Source of the DNA: Nymphaea colorata
Lineage: Eukaryota
Reading direction: 5' to 3'
DNA length: 64,000 nt
Assembly: GCF_008831285.2 (NCBI RefSeq)
Contig: NC_045138.2
Coordinates: 22,568,001-22,632,000 of the forward strand
Below the pieces are notes generated by a model. The model was not told the DNA's origin. It did no database searches and saw only the letters and a list, made by a program, of their open reading frames with translations. This document shows, piece by piece, positions 12,820 to 25,779 of this stretch (positions are counted from its first letter, which is position 1; each line of letters starts with the position of its first letter). A program made the position numbers and the translations under genes.

Positions 12820-12860
<41 letters not shown>

Positions 12861-12923
12861 ACAAAAGTCGACTCGGCAAACAAGCTGCAAATGGTAGGGA
12901 AATAGCAGAAGAAATCTAAGATC

Positions 12924-13491
12924 TAAAGAAAATAGAAAGCAAGAGAAGAAAAGGGAGACGACAGAAAGAAGACAAAGTTACGTGGTTTGGTTCGAGAGAA
13001 CCTACATCCACTATCGAAAAATGCTCTCTTGCTGTTTTTCTTTATTAGTCTCACGTATGGCATTACAATATATACAGCAGTTTTGGAACTGCAAGAATCA
13101 TCAAGCAATCGTTGGAGGATTTTGTTTAATTGCTCCTCCTACCGTTTCAGGTTGACAATCATGCACTAGATTTTGATGATCATGGATAGTGCGTGATTTG
13201 TGATTGAGCTTTCCATTGTTGTAATTGTTGGATACGTTGGATTTGGGCATATCATGATTGCAGCCATTTGAATGCAAGATAAACTTTCCGTCGTTGTTTG
13301 ATTTGTCATTAATCTTCTTGGAGGAACTGGAATTAAGCTTGCCATAACTGCTGTTGGCAATATGTCCATCATTAGCCAGATTTCCATCCAGCGTTCCATC
13401 GTAATTGTCATCAGCCAGATTGGAGGAATTTGAATGTGGAATGAGCTGGTTGTAACTACCGTTGGCCAGCTTGGGATGTTCCTCTATAACA
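12924..13491 (-). repeat. 3' LTR (568 bp)
   Basis: Aligns with 18178-18661; about 18 substitutions by manual count plus one large indel. Confidence 0.95.
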
Positions 13492-16400
13492 CGCCCCCTC
13501 AAACGAAACCGGCTTATGACCTTGAGTTTGTTACATAAGCCAAAAAATTGAACTTTGCCCAAGGCTTTGGTGAATACGTCAGCAATTTGATTATGGGAGT
13601 TGACGAACCTAGGAATCAGCCGTTCGGAAGTGGTCATTTCTCGCACATAATGATAATCAATTTGAATATGCTTTGATCGATTGTGAAAGACACGATTTTT
13701 TGCTAGATAAATAGCGCTAATGTTATCATAGTGAAGAATAGGCGCTCTAGTGATCGTCATGTCGATGTCTCGAAGAACCTATAGAAGTCAAACTAATTCT
13801 GCAGCGGTAGATGCCATGGAGCGATATTCTACTTCGCCGCTGGATCTTGCAACCGTGGATTGTTTCTTCGCACTCCAGGAAATGCAATTTTCTCCTAGAT
13901 ATGTGCAGTATCCTGTCTTGGGGATATGACATCCAGTCCAGTCGGCATCAGAGAAGGCATACAAATCTAAAGTACTCTGAGAAAGAATTTGAATGCCATG
14001 GTCGATAGTCCCTTTGATGTATCGAAGGATTCATTTGGCAATTTTAAAATGAGCTTGGGTTGGACTTTGCATGAACTAACTGATGAAGTTCACCGAAAAA
14101 GCTATCTCTGGTCTAGTGATGGTTAAATATTGTAAGACCCCAGCCATGGTGCGATAGAGAGTAGCATCTGGAAACGGTGAAGTATCTAGAAGATCCAGTT
14201 TGGCAGCCATAGGAGTACTAATAGGTTTGCAATCCAGCATCTTAGCTCATTCTAAAATATCTTGAGCATATTTCACTTGAGTGAGAAAAAGACCATGGCA
14301 AGTATATAAAACTTCGATCCCAAGGAAGTAACTCAGCCGCCCCATATCTTTTACTGGAAATTCCTTCTCAAGAGTGGACATGAAATTCTTAATCAATTTA
14401 GAGGAGCTGCCCGTAAGAACCATATCATCAACATAAATTAAGAGGATAAGGCAGTGGTGGTTATCATGAAATGTGAACATAGATGGATCTGAATAGCAGC
14501 TTCGAAACCCATAGGTGAGAAGAAAATCACTTAGCTGTTGAAACCATGCTCTTGATGTTTGCTTGAGTCCATATAGTGTCTTTTGAAGACGACAAACATG
14601 GTTTGGTAGAAGAGGGTGTTTGAATCCTAGAGGTTGAAACATGTAAACGGTTTCATGAAGAGATCCATGAAGGAAGGCGTTTTTAATGTCTAATTGTTTG
14701 ATGTCCCACTTGAACATGGTAGCAATGGAAAGCACGAGCCGTATAGTTGTTGGTCGAATGACAGGAAAGAAAGTTTCTTGGTAGTCGATACCTTCTACTT
14801 GAGTGAAACCCCGGGCAACCAACCTTGCCTTTAATCGATCAAAACTACCATCAGCCTTCAACTTGGATTTAAAAACCCATTTTGATCCAACGATGTTCAT
14901 GTGGGGTTTTTTTGGAACAAGCTCCCATGTGTTGTTGGATTGCAACGCACTCATCTCTTCTTCCATGGTCATTCTCTATCCTGCATGCTTTAGAGCTTGT
15001 TGTACTCTTTTGGTTTTGGGTTCTTTAGGAATACCGGAGTAAAGAGTACGAACGTTTGCATATTTGGGATTGGGCTTATGGATTCATGCCATAGCTCGAG
15101 TGATCATAGTTCGTGTTCCCATAGAGGTCAATGAAATATTGCTGAGATCCTCGTTCTCAGGATTTTCTGTACTATGATGATTTGATGGAGATGGATCATC
15201 TTGAGGAGTTTGTGGATCAAGAGATCGGCCTAAAAGCTCGACTTGTTGGGGTTCTTCATAGACATTCAGCCGTGGGTCTGGAGGTGGCCTAAGTCCAGAT
15301 TCATGTCGTTCTAACGGCTGTATATTCTCATTGTTTCGAATATCAATATCAATGAAAGATGTGGAATCACTTTCCATGATCCTATCTTTATAAAGTGATG
15401 TTGGATCTTTGAAGGGAAAAAAATTTTCATCAAAAACGATGTGCCTTGAGATATATAAACATCTCGAATTAGGGTCGAAACACTTATAGCCCTTGTGAAG
15501 GGTGTTGTACTCAATAAACACACATGCAACCAATTTTGGATCAAATTTGTTGCAGGCATATCCTCTCAAATAAGGGAAGCATCTAGTGCCAAAAATCCTC
15601 ATGCTGGAATAATTTGGAGTCTTTTTAAATAATACGGAGAAAGGTGACTCCATGGATAACATTGAGGTTGGCATCCTGTTTATGAGGAAGACGGTAGTAG
15701 AGAAGGCATCAGTCCAGAAACGTTTCGGCGCATGCGAATGGAAGAGCATAGTTAGGCCCAATTCCGTAATGGAACGTGTTTGCGCTCAGCTTTCCCATTT
15801 TGCTCAGGCGTCTTGGGGCAAGAATATTGCCGTTTAATTCCAAGATCGTCAAGGTATGATATGAAAAGGGAATTAGTGTATTCAGCTCCTCCATCACTTT
15901 GAAAAACTTTGAGTTTCCTATCAAATGGTCGCTCAATCATTTTATGGAAATGAACGAAGACGTCAAAGAAGTCAGATTTATGTCGTAATGGATAAAACCA
16001 AATGAATCAACTATGGTTGTCAACGAAAATGACATAAAATCTATACTGTTCTCGAGATTGCATCGGAGCCAGTCCTCATAGATCGCTGTGAATTTTCTCC
16101 AGTGGCTGAAAAACAATATCGTTTTTCTCAATAAATGACAATTTGCAAGATTTTCCCATTTGACAACTAGCACATACTGGAAAGGATTCGTTAGAGAGAA
16201 CATCAACATATTTATTGCTTTTGAGAAAAGAAAGAACACTAGATTGAGGATGTCCCAGACGCGCATGCCAAGAGTCTTCGGTCACCTGCCGGAAACGAGT
16301 TGAGAAGAAAGCTTTGTGCTGGTTTGGATTTTGTACTTCATACAGACCTCCTTGTTCAGTTCCCGTGGCCATTATTCTGCCCGTCCTCCTGTCCTTTAAT

Positions 16401-17604
16401 ATGCATCGGCCAGATGTGAATTCAAAAACATACGAAAAATCATTAGTCAACTTGCTAATCGAGATAAGATCTTTGGAGAGACGATCAACATAAAGAACAT
16501 CCTTCAGACCAAGGCTAGGAGAAATATCAGCTTCTCCAGTGTGTGATTGAGACGTGCTGCCCATTTCCAACAACAACTGTATCAGAACCAAAATAAGGGG
16601 AAAGATTTTTAAGTACCTATGTCTCCTGTCATATGAGTTGTAGCTCCAGTGTCAACCGGCCACCCTGAGTCTTGTGAATCATTGGTAGTGGGGGCTGCGA
16701 GTGCTTGAGTTGTTTCTTCTGATTGAAAAGAATGATTGAATCAGTTATAGCACTTCATAGCAGAGTGGTTTCTTTTGTTGCATATCTGGCATATGACGCC
16801 TTTGTAGGAGTTGGTTGCACAGTTTGCTTTTTAAGAGGAATTTGGAACGTATCCTCCACCATGAGGGAAATTGAATCTTCCTCCTCTTCATCTATTATTG
16901 TAACTTCGTCCTCGCCCTCGGGAGTTATGAAAAGTACCCAAGTTTTATTTTGGCCTTCACGTTGAGCAGCATAGAAGGCAACTTGAGGCGAGGTGTCTGA
17001 TTTAAGAAACTTGTTTCTTACTTCAAGACTTTGCAAGAGAGAAACCAGTTCTTTGTAGGAGGGGACTGGTGGCTTGAGCATGGCCATAACAAAAGGCTTG
17101 TAGCCTTTTCCCAATCCTTAGAGAAACCAAAAGGCTTTTTTTTTTTATCCCCGACAGATTTTCCTATGGCGGCCAAGTCGTCACATATGGCTTTGAACTT
17201 GCCGACATACATTTCAAGAGTGTTGTCACCCTTCTTATACGTGGTAAGCATATGAGTAAGATGGAAACCCCATTCTTGGGATTCCTGAGCAAAAGCGTCA
17301 ATGAGAGTGGACCAAATCTCTTGAGAAGAGTTGAGTCCAACAACTAGACCAAGAACACTTTCAGATAACATACCAGTAATCCATCCTTTGACTAGCGATC
17401 GGATCGACACCAAGAATCGAACTTGGGATTGGAGATGAGCTTTTGTGGGTCAGCAGGATCAACAATGTTGTTTGGTGGAGTAGAAGCCGAGCCTCTCAAA
17501 AAACCCTCCATGTCTTGACTTTCAATGAGCGCCAGAATTTGCATCTTCCATAGTAAAAAGTTGCTATGTGTCAACTTCAAAGAGACAAAATTTGACACAT
17601 TCAA
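13101..17604 (-). pseudogene. Copia gag-pol polyprotein, fragmented by stops and frameshifts
   Basis: Gag (SLKLTHSNFLLWK), GAG-pre-integrase (WHARLGHP), integrase (FQSDGGAEY, TPEQNGKAERK), RT (KARLVARGFTQ, QLDIKNAFLHG, LIYVDDM), RNase H (DNISAIYL, HIQIDYHYVRE, ADVFTK). Confidence 0.95.
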
Positions 17605-18177
17605 ATTTAGAGGACATGGGTAAAAAGAAATGTTGGTACGATGCTGCTGATGAAGGGGAAGCCATCGGTTAAAGAAGAACGTCCAAAACAGGGATCTGTG
17701 ACACAGAAAACAGGTCGCCGGAAATCGATAGATTCCGGCCGGCTCCCACGTCGGACGGGGTTGAGCTCCGGTCCATTGGAAGTGTAACTTCCAGACAATG
17801 CTATAGGTCCGATTTCACGGCAAGAGGATGCTGGCGGAGTTAACGCCGATTTTATGAAGTTTGAAGGCAAAAGTTGGGTTGTCCTGCAAATTCCGCCACA
17901 GGTTTCTGGTGATCCTCGCTTGAAACAAGGGCAACCTCACTTATCTACAGATTTGCGCTCGCGGCTCCGATTTACCTATTCTATGGCTCGTTGGAACCGC
18001 GCGGATGTCAATGAGCCCACTCTTGCGACTCTCCAACACTGGAATCCGAAGATATGCCTTGCTGATCATAGACGTGTCTTCTTCAGTCGCAGAGACAGAA
18101 GGAAAGAACAGACAGCCGACATTGCAGATGACCAGACAATGATCACAGCAATATTACATAACCTGGCTCTGATACCA

Positions 18178-18661
18178 TAAAGAAAATAGAAAGCAAGAGA
18201 AGAAAAGGGAGATGAGAGAAAGAAGACAAAGTTAGGTGGTTCGGTTCGAGAGAACCTACATCCACGATCGAAAAATGCTCTCTTGCTGTTTTTTCTTTAT
18301 TAGTCTCACGTATGGCATTACAATATATACAACAGTTTTGTAACTGCAAGAATCATCAAGCAATCGTTGGAGGATTTTGTTTAAATTTCTCCTCCTACCG
18401 TTTCAGGTTGACAATCATGCACTAGATTTTGATGATCATGGATAGTGCGTGATTTGTGATTGAGCTTTCCATTGCTGTAATTGTTGGATACATTGGATTT
18501 GGGCGTATCATGATTGCAGCCATTTGAATGCAAGATAAACTTTCCATCATTGTTTGATTTGTCATTAATCTTCTTGGAGGGACTGAAATTAAGCTTGCCA
18601 TAACTGCAGTTGGCAATCTGGCTAATGACCGTTGGCCAGCTTGGGACGTTCCTCTTTAACA
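18178..18661 (-). repeat. 5' LTR (484 bp)
   Basis: Starts TGTTAAAGAGG and ends CTATTTTCTTTA on the minus strand, directly abutting the PBS. Confidence 0.95.
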
Positions 18662-20057
18662 AGATCAATTGCACATGAAGAAGCATGGCATCATAAAAGA
18701 AACCGATTTCTTTTCCTCACAAGCATTTCAGCAAACAGGTTATGCGACAACTCCAGAACACATACCTGAATGCTTAGCTGAAGGACGACTCCTTACAAGT
18801 GGAAGCCTAGTTGCTGGTCTGATGCTTCGTCACCGTACGACGTTTCTGGATCACTGGCTGACTGACGACCCGAGAGAAATCAAAAGGAAAAATAGAGTGG
18901 GATGTTTGAGCACTAATCGAGCGAGCCACACCTTCACAGCACAGAAGAAGGGTAGAGGGAGAGGGGGAGACGCTGTGACAGCATGAGAAGGGGAGAGGAA
19001 GAGAGGGGGGGATTCGTAGCGGGGAGAGAAAAGACGCTTGGAGCGGCGCACGGGGTCGCTGTTTTGACAGATATCAGACGCTGTTCCATGCTAGCTCTCT
19101 CTCTCTCTCTCCCCCCTTTCTCTTCCTATCCCCTTCATTGGCAGAGGCCCAGTCAGGGCAAGAAGAGAGAAAGGTGGAGTAGAGAGAGTGAGAAGAAAGG
19201 GCGACGTTGATAGGGACGGATCAGAGTGCAGGCGTCGACAGAGAGCTTGGTCGAGTTCGGTCCGCGCCAGATCCGACAGTAAGCACTGACCAGCGCAGGA
19301 GGAGTCAGACATTTACACCCTGTGCCCACCCGTACCGTCCGTTCTGCCTGTTCTTTGTCTGGCGTTTGGGTCAAGTTTTGTTTGGAGGGACAGGGCGTTC
19401 CGTTCCAGCGCTTGTACTGCTAAATTGCTAAGATGATGGAAAGGGAGGGAAAATGAAGAAAAAATGTCTTTTGTTTGTTTGATTAATTAAGAAGAATGAA
19501 AATGAAAGAAAAATAAAAAAAAAAAACTTGTTTGGTTGCAAAGAAAGGGGAAAAAAAAGAATGGAAAGAATGCTCTAATGTAAATCTAATACCTTCAAAA
19601 TTGAAGAGATTTAGAAAGAAATGAAAGACTTATCACTTTCTATCATATATGTTCTTTCTTTCTCTCTGCGCATGCATGAACAAGGTTTCATGTGATAGCA
19701 GCATCTTTTCTGCTTTTTTTACCACGTAAACCATCATAACAAAAAAAGCTTCTTTAGGTTCATCTTTCTTCTCTTCTCAGTCTATGTTTTTACTACCATT
19801 CACAACGCCCTATTCTCCCTTTCCATGTCTGGTGTAGGATTACTATTATAAAGTAATATAAATTCTACCTTTTTCTTTTTTTATGTAGTCCAAATAAACA
19901 TGATTTTAACAATTCTTTCATTTCTATCCAAACAAACTCTAATCACATCTTTTCTTTCATTTCTTTTTTTTTCTCTTCCTTATTCTCTTTCCCTTTTTTT
20001 CCTTTCCTTTTCACCCTTCCCTTTCCTTTTCTTTCCCTCCATCTAAACAAAGCATAA

Positions 20058-20206
20058 GAACTCGTTTGACAAAAGATACCATTTTGTAACCGTTTCACAA
20101 ATACGCTCTATAGGTTTATGTATTTTATTACATATGTAAAGAGTTTAATAAATCTGAAGTGTATTCAAAAAATAATTACAAACTGTTTTTATTGCCAAAC
20201 AACCCA
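20058..20206. mobile_element. Tourist-like MITE
   Basis: Imperfect terminal inverted repeats (TIRs) GAACTCGTTTGACAA / TTGCCAAACAACCCA flanked by TAA on both sides. Confidence 0.55.
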
Positions 20207-23200
20207 TAAATGACCATCAACTTTGCTTTGGAGTTGCAGTTTTTTTTGTCGACAAAACTAGCTCGGGTTGTCCTCTTTCATTAAAAAAGTTGAAGTGGAA
20301 TTTGAAGCAAGTAAAATGTAATAAATGTCTTTCTTGATTCTAAAGTTAAACCAACAATCTTTTATTTTATTTTCCAGTCAATCTTGGTCCAGAAAATTGC
20401 ATTACTATGTTTGGCTTGGCTTACTCCAGTCCAAATGGATTTAATATGCGATGCTGATCTGTTGATCTTCATGGCAGCTAATTTCTTGCAAAACATCATT
20501 AGAACATGGCATTTTATCAAATGTCCTTATTTGCCAAACTTTTGAAATAATTTTTTAATGAACAAGTCCCCAATAAAAAAAAAAACTAAGATTTATAAGC
20601 AATGCAATTAAACAACGGCTTACTGAACACTAATATTTTTTCAACTAATCAGCCTTCCACCCACCACTAATCATGGTTGTGGTTAAAAAAAAAAAAAAAA
20701 AAAGAAACCATTGACACACTTAGAGGTTGATTGATGGCCACAGGACATGCAGAACGGAACACGCATGTCCTGTCTAGTCGATTTTTTCATCAAACACTGT
20801 CCACAGGACAGGGTGGACACAATGGACGATTAGACAAGAGTATAAATAGTCTTTTTGTTCAGAGCTAACCCTCAGAACAAACAGAACAGCCTCTCTCCCT
20901 CCCGCCCCCGACCCCAACCCCATTGTCTTTCTCTCCTTCTCCTTCGTCTTTGCTGCTTTTCTCCTCTGACTCCGCTCCCATCTCCACTGCCTTTCTCCTC
21001 TGTCTCTACTGTCAAGCTGCCCTAGCCCTTCCTGTTCCTCTCCTTCTCCTCCGTCCCCCAAGCTGCCCTAGCCCTTTTTGTTTCTCTCCTTCTCCTCCGC
21101 CTCTACGGGAGGGCGACCGTTGGACGCTTTTCTGGACACTTTTGTTTCCTCTGCTGAAAAATATTGTATGCTTCTTCTTCTTCTTCCTCGGCTTCATCTT
21201 CTCCTCTGTCTCTTTAGTTGGAAGAAGGAAGAAGGAGAGAGATGTGGACTTGTTTTGTTTCCGAGTGATTGAAGATTTCAGCAGTGGCATGAAGTGAGTA
21301 ATCCTCTCTCTTTTTCTCCCTCTTTCTCTTGAAACTGTAGTTGGTACTTGTTACTATGCTCGAGCTTCGTCTCTGTTGTTTTGAGCCAGATTATGCATGC
21401 ACCCCTTCCAGATTATGGTTCTTAATCAAGAGTTCCACTTTCTTAATGGATTTCTAGCATGCTATTTTTTTCTGAAGATATTGATTTTTTGATCTCCTTG
21501 ATTTCATTCATCAACCATGAATTTGATTGATCCTTAATCTGCATGCGCTAACGATGACTTGAAATACATAAACTAAAACTCCTCAAGGTTTTGTAGTTTT
21601 GCTTCAATGTTATAACAATGAGGCAAGCACCGTGCCCACTAACATCTTGGTTTTGTACCATATTCTTTTCATAGTATTCCTTGAGTTAATGCAATTTTTC
21701 TCCATTGTGTTTTAAAGATGTGTTGCTTTGATTTGGCAGCAACGAGGAGGCTTGCCATGGGATCTTTCACGAAAATGAAAATCTTTCCTCAATTGCTGTC
21801 ATGGCAAGACAACACTTGTTTCACTAAGATCCAAATTTTCTTAAGGTTGCAACTGGTTAATGTTTTTGAGAATTCTTGTTACTACCAACAAAAGGAAACA
21901 AAATAACCATAGGATGAACAATGGAAAAGGAACAATGCATCGGCTTCTCATATTGCACAGCCTGCATTAGATCCATCATTTGGAGTTACTATTGCATTTG
22001 TTTGAAGCTTCATATTAGTTCCTTCAGGAGTTTGAGTTTTTAATGAAAATTTTCAGTTGACTTTGTCCATCATGATGCAGTAGAATGTAGGGCTTTTTGG
22101 ATCTCCCTTGTTGTCAGCACTCACATTTTTGTCATTCTTTTTATGGTTTTTTTCTCCTATGTCATCAGGTATGTGGACATACATGCAACTTTTTCCATAG
22201 ATGCCTAGAAATTGCTTATATAGAAACAGATGCTAACGTTCAAAAGCCTTTTTTCCCTTCTTTCTTCCCTTGTGTGTGATCGTGTTCAATGTGGATCTTT
22301 CCTTTTTTTTTCAAATATATAAATGTAGCTTCACATTTTCAAGAGCATATACACTCATGAATTTGTGTATGCGTATAGGTAATGCACTATGCAAACATGT
22401 AAATTTGAAGCTTAAAAGCAAAGAAATACCTGGCAGTTCTCTATCTAATTACCATGGAATTCAGTGTATGCAAGTCCAGGGTGCTGACAGCAACGCTGCA
22501 CCAGCAGGCTTTTGGCATTTCAATTAGGTTAGGGTCCTAGAGATTCTTCCGACCTGCATATTACATGTCAAACTAATAAGGCCTCATAATGTTTTTATCA
22601 GCAGGATTGTGGAAGAGCAATTTACTTCCCTATGATGAGAAACATGCAAAAGATGCTTCCACTTAAATCATGAATTTAGTCATCGTACTGAGTGTGAATG
22701 AGCATAGATGCAATCAACATTTTGTCAACATGGTCAAGTTTGGTGCATTTTACTTGGCACCTGCATAGCTCATAGAACTCTGAGGATCAAATGCACCCTC
22801 CTTTGAGTGCGGAGTGCTCTCACCGTGCAAATGGGATGTTGTTGAAAATTTGAACATAGAAAAATAATACTTTTTTCAATCGTCTCCTTAGTAGCAGAAA
22901 ATCAGCCATTGGTATCAGCAGAAAACCAATTCCACAAGCCTAATTATGTCTGAAATATTAATGAGCTATAGCCAGTGTGTCGTCAGAAAATTATGTGATA
23001 CTAACTATGTTTAGCAGGTTTAACTGAACCAAGGGAATACCATAACCATTTTTATCAATCCAACAGAAAGTGATGACGGTCATCCTAGTTCGACATATAC
23101 TATTTATGTTGCTTACCTATATTGGTTAAGCTAAAGCATTTTTCTGAATCCAGCATAAAACGATTGGGGACATGTAATTTGGATAGTTATTGTGTTGCTA

Positions 23201-24599
23201 TAGAGTGAAATATTAAACTGAATGAACTAGGTGCAGCTTGGAGGCAGTGGACTTGGTCTAAGCTGATCCTGATCTCATTCATCTTGCCTTGTTTATTAGG
23301 ACCCTGATTGACCTACATCCTAATCATAATAGGTGTCTATGTTGAAAATTTAGTGCTTGCAGCTGAATAGGCATCAAGAGCACCATGAACCTATGAGACA
23401 AAGTTCTTGAACATATCAAAATCACCAAAAGACCCTTGCTCATCTTTGGCTTTTCTAAATCTTCTCTCTAAGTTTACTCTTAGTTTTTTTATCTACTCTT
23501 GTTGGTCTCTAAGCTTCAAACTTGGAAGTATTGCTCGAGCACAATTTCCATTTTTTTTCTTTTTCCTATTTATGTAATTGCATAAGAAGGAGAGGGAGAG
23601 GGAGATTGAGAGCTTAAAGAAGTTGTTCACTAATGTCCGTGATTTTCCTGTTTCTGGGTTGTTCAGTCATTGTCAGTGTCGTTGCTCTCATTCCTAGCGA
23701 ACAGCTAAACGTTCGCCATATTATTGCAGGTGTTGCTATTCTTTTTGGCATGTGAATATTTGATAGACCCCTTAATTCATGCCTAGATCAAATTCTTGCC
23801 TTAGAGGTGGGGTTGTTAAAGATCTGGCTTCAATGGTCCAGTGGCTAGGGGCAATGTATATAAAATTTCTATTGCTCATTTGGGGCTCAAATTTATTGCC
23901 TTACTGGTTCTGCTTCCTGGCAGATAGTGGCATCTTAATATTCGGGAAAACTGAGTGACAATAATGTCAAACTGAATTGAATATGCCCATGTGAATCTGG
24001 TGACAATGCCATTAACATTGAGGCATGGTCGGTATCTATGTTTTGATCAGCTTGAGCACTATTTTTTCTCTTTTTTTTCACTTCTTTTTTTAGCCTCTTC
24101 AACTTCCAAAATACTGCACTCTTGGAACTGCTCTGAATAAAGGACTAACGGCTAGTTAAACCCATGTCAGGTCAGTGCCTTACCTGACTGGCTGTCTAAC
24201 ACAAAATTGCAGCTCAAGCAATCATCTCTATTATCATCTGACTTCTCAATTTGAGTACTTACATGGCAATGTTACCATGTTCACCATCCCCAGCACCATG
24301 CTCTAGTCTACTTTGATCTTGAGAATTAGAAGCATTGTTAGATGCATTATCAATTGACATGTCAGGTCCAGCGCCAAGATCCTCCTTCATCATCCTTTTC
24401 TCTTTTTTCTTCTTTGATTTCATACTATTTTCAAGACCTTTTTCATATGAATCTCTTTTCCTGCTTGTGTTCACAGAGCATGGAGACAAAACCCAATTAA
24501 GTGACAACACATGATTTTGAACCACACTTAGGAGTGGCGTAGATATTGTTATAGTGTTAAAAATCCACTGCATTGGGTGATAATATGAGTGGCGTAGAT

Positions 24600-24991
24600 A
24601 TTAGGGTACTAGATGATGCATAAATAAATGTAGATGAACAAGATGAGAATGATTTTCAGTTACCTACTTCACCAATGGATAGCAATGCTCATATTCAGGG
24701 AAAAACCTCTAACAGTATGAGGGGAAACAAAAGAGTGAAAACCTCCACATCCATGAATGATGATACTTTTGAAACCGTTGGTGAGTACACATAACAACTT
24801 GTGGAAACTCAATCTACAACTATTTTGCAGAAGAGTGGAGCAATTTTAAGAGATATGCATGCAAAAGGGGAAATAGATAATTATTTATTTTTCAGATCAG
24901 TCGACTGACTTTTTAATTTTGATAAAGCAAACGATTTTCCCATGATGCCACGTGAGTTGCAGGTTACTTGGTTGTGCCTGCTAATTGGCTA
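24600..24991 (+). pseudogene. Possible remnant of the Harbinger ORF1 (Myb/SANT-like accessory protein) C-terminus
   Basis: Position just upstream of the transposase and a decayed frame ending ...MMPRELQVTWL; Myb domain itself not recognisable. Confidence 0.3.
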
Positions 24992-25779
24992 AACGACAGG
25001 TAATGTTTGTAACTGAGTATTGTTATGGAGGTTTGTAATTATGCATTACTTTTGTTGTGTGTAACTGTTTGTAATTTGTGATATATAATAATTGTTTGTA
25101 ATAGTGTATTTTTGATGTTTTTAATTCTTTATAATTTATGATATATAGTAAATTGATAGGAATTCATGCTTGCAATTATTTTTTATTTCACAATTCTTTG
25201 CAATTAAATAGTGTTTATTCTCATGAATTTGTGTATTTATTATCAGGAAGGATGACATATCCACAGTTATCTTTATTCTTATTATGTGGTTGGTGATGGA
25301 ACGCTTGAAAGCACAAGGTAGACCTACTAGAAATTTAATACATACTAATCGATTAGCAGGGGCCCAATTTGTGCATGTTTGTATGCATGGACACCCAAGA
25401 AATTGTTTAGATCTATTGAGGGTGGATCAACGAACATATGCATTATTATGCAATTTGTTAAAAAGTAGGGAGTTATTGTGTGATGCAAGAAAAATAACAA
25501 TTGAAGAACAAGTAGCAATGTTTCTCGTTACTTTGGGACATGATCAGCGAAATCGACGAACCCAATATAATTTTCAACACTCAAGATAAACAATATGTAG
25601 GTACTTCAACTTAGTTTTGAAAGCAATTCTCTGTGTTGCATATAAATATGTGGGATGTAGAGATGATACTACACCAACTCGATAGAGGAGATCCACGTTT
25701 CTTTTCATACTTTAAGGTAAACAACTATAATTCACAATAGATATAGTCAACCTTTTTATTTGTGGTAAAACTTTTAGTG

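Larger units (their letters stand above)
12924..18661 (-). mobile_element. Full-length decayed Ty1/Copia LTR retrotransposon (Ale/Retrofit-like) with TG...TA termini
   Basis: Paired LTRs 18178-18661 (5') and 12924-13491 (3'); TSD AGATC at 12919-12923 and 18662-18666; PBS TGGTATCAGAGC (tRNA-iMet) at 18166-18177; PPT GAGGGGGCG at 13492-13500; gag-protease-integrase-RT-RNaseH order. Confidence 0.96.

Noticed and set aside
18862..18880. CTGACGA...GAAA as a hammerhead ribozyme core
   Set aside because: No stem II between the motifs and no flanking helices.
18976..19000. TGACAGCATGAGAAGG as a miR156/miR535-like sequence
   Set aside because: Too many mismatches and no fold-back partner.
23070..23147. 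GTGATGA...CTGA inside the Harbinger as a captured snoRNA
   Set aside because: No terminal stem, internal boxes or guide match.
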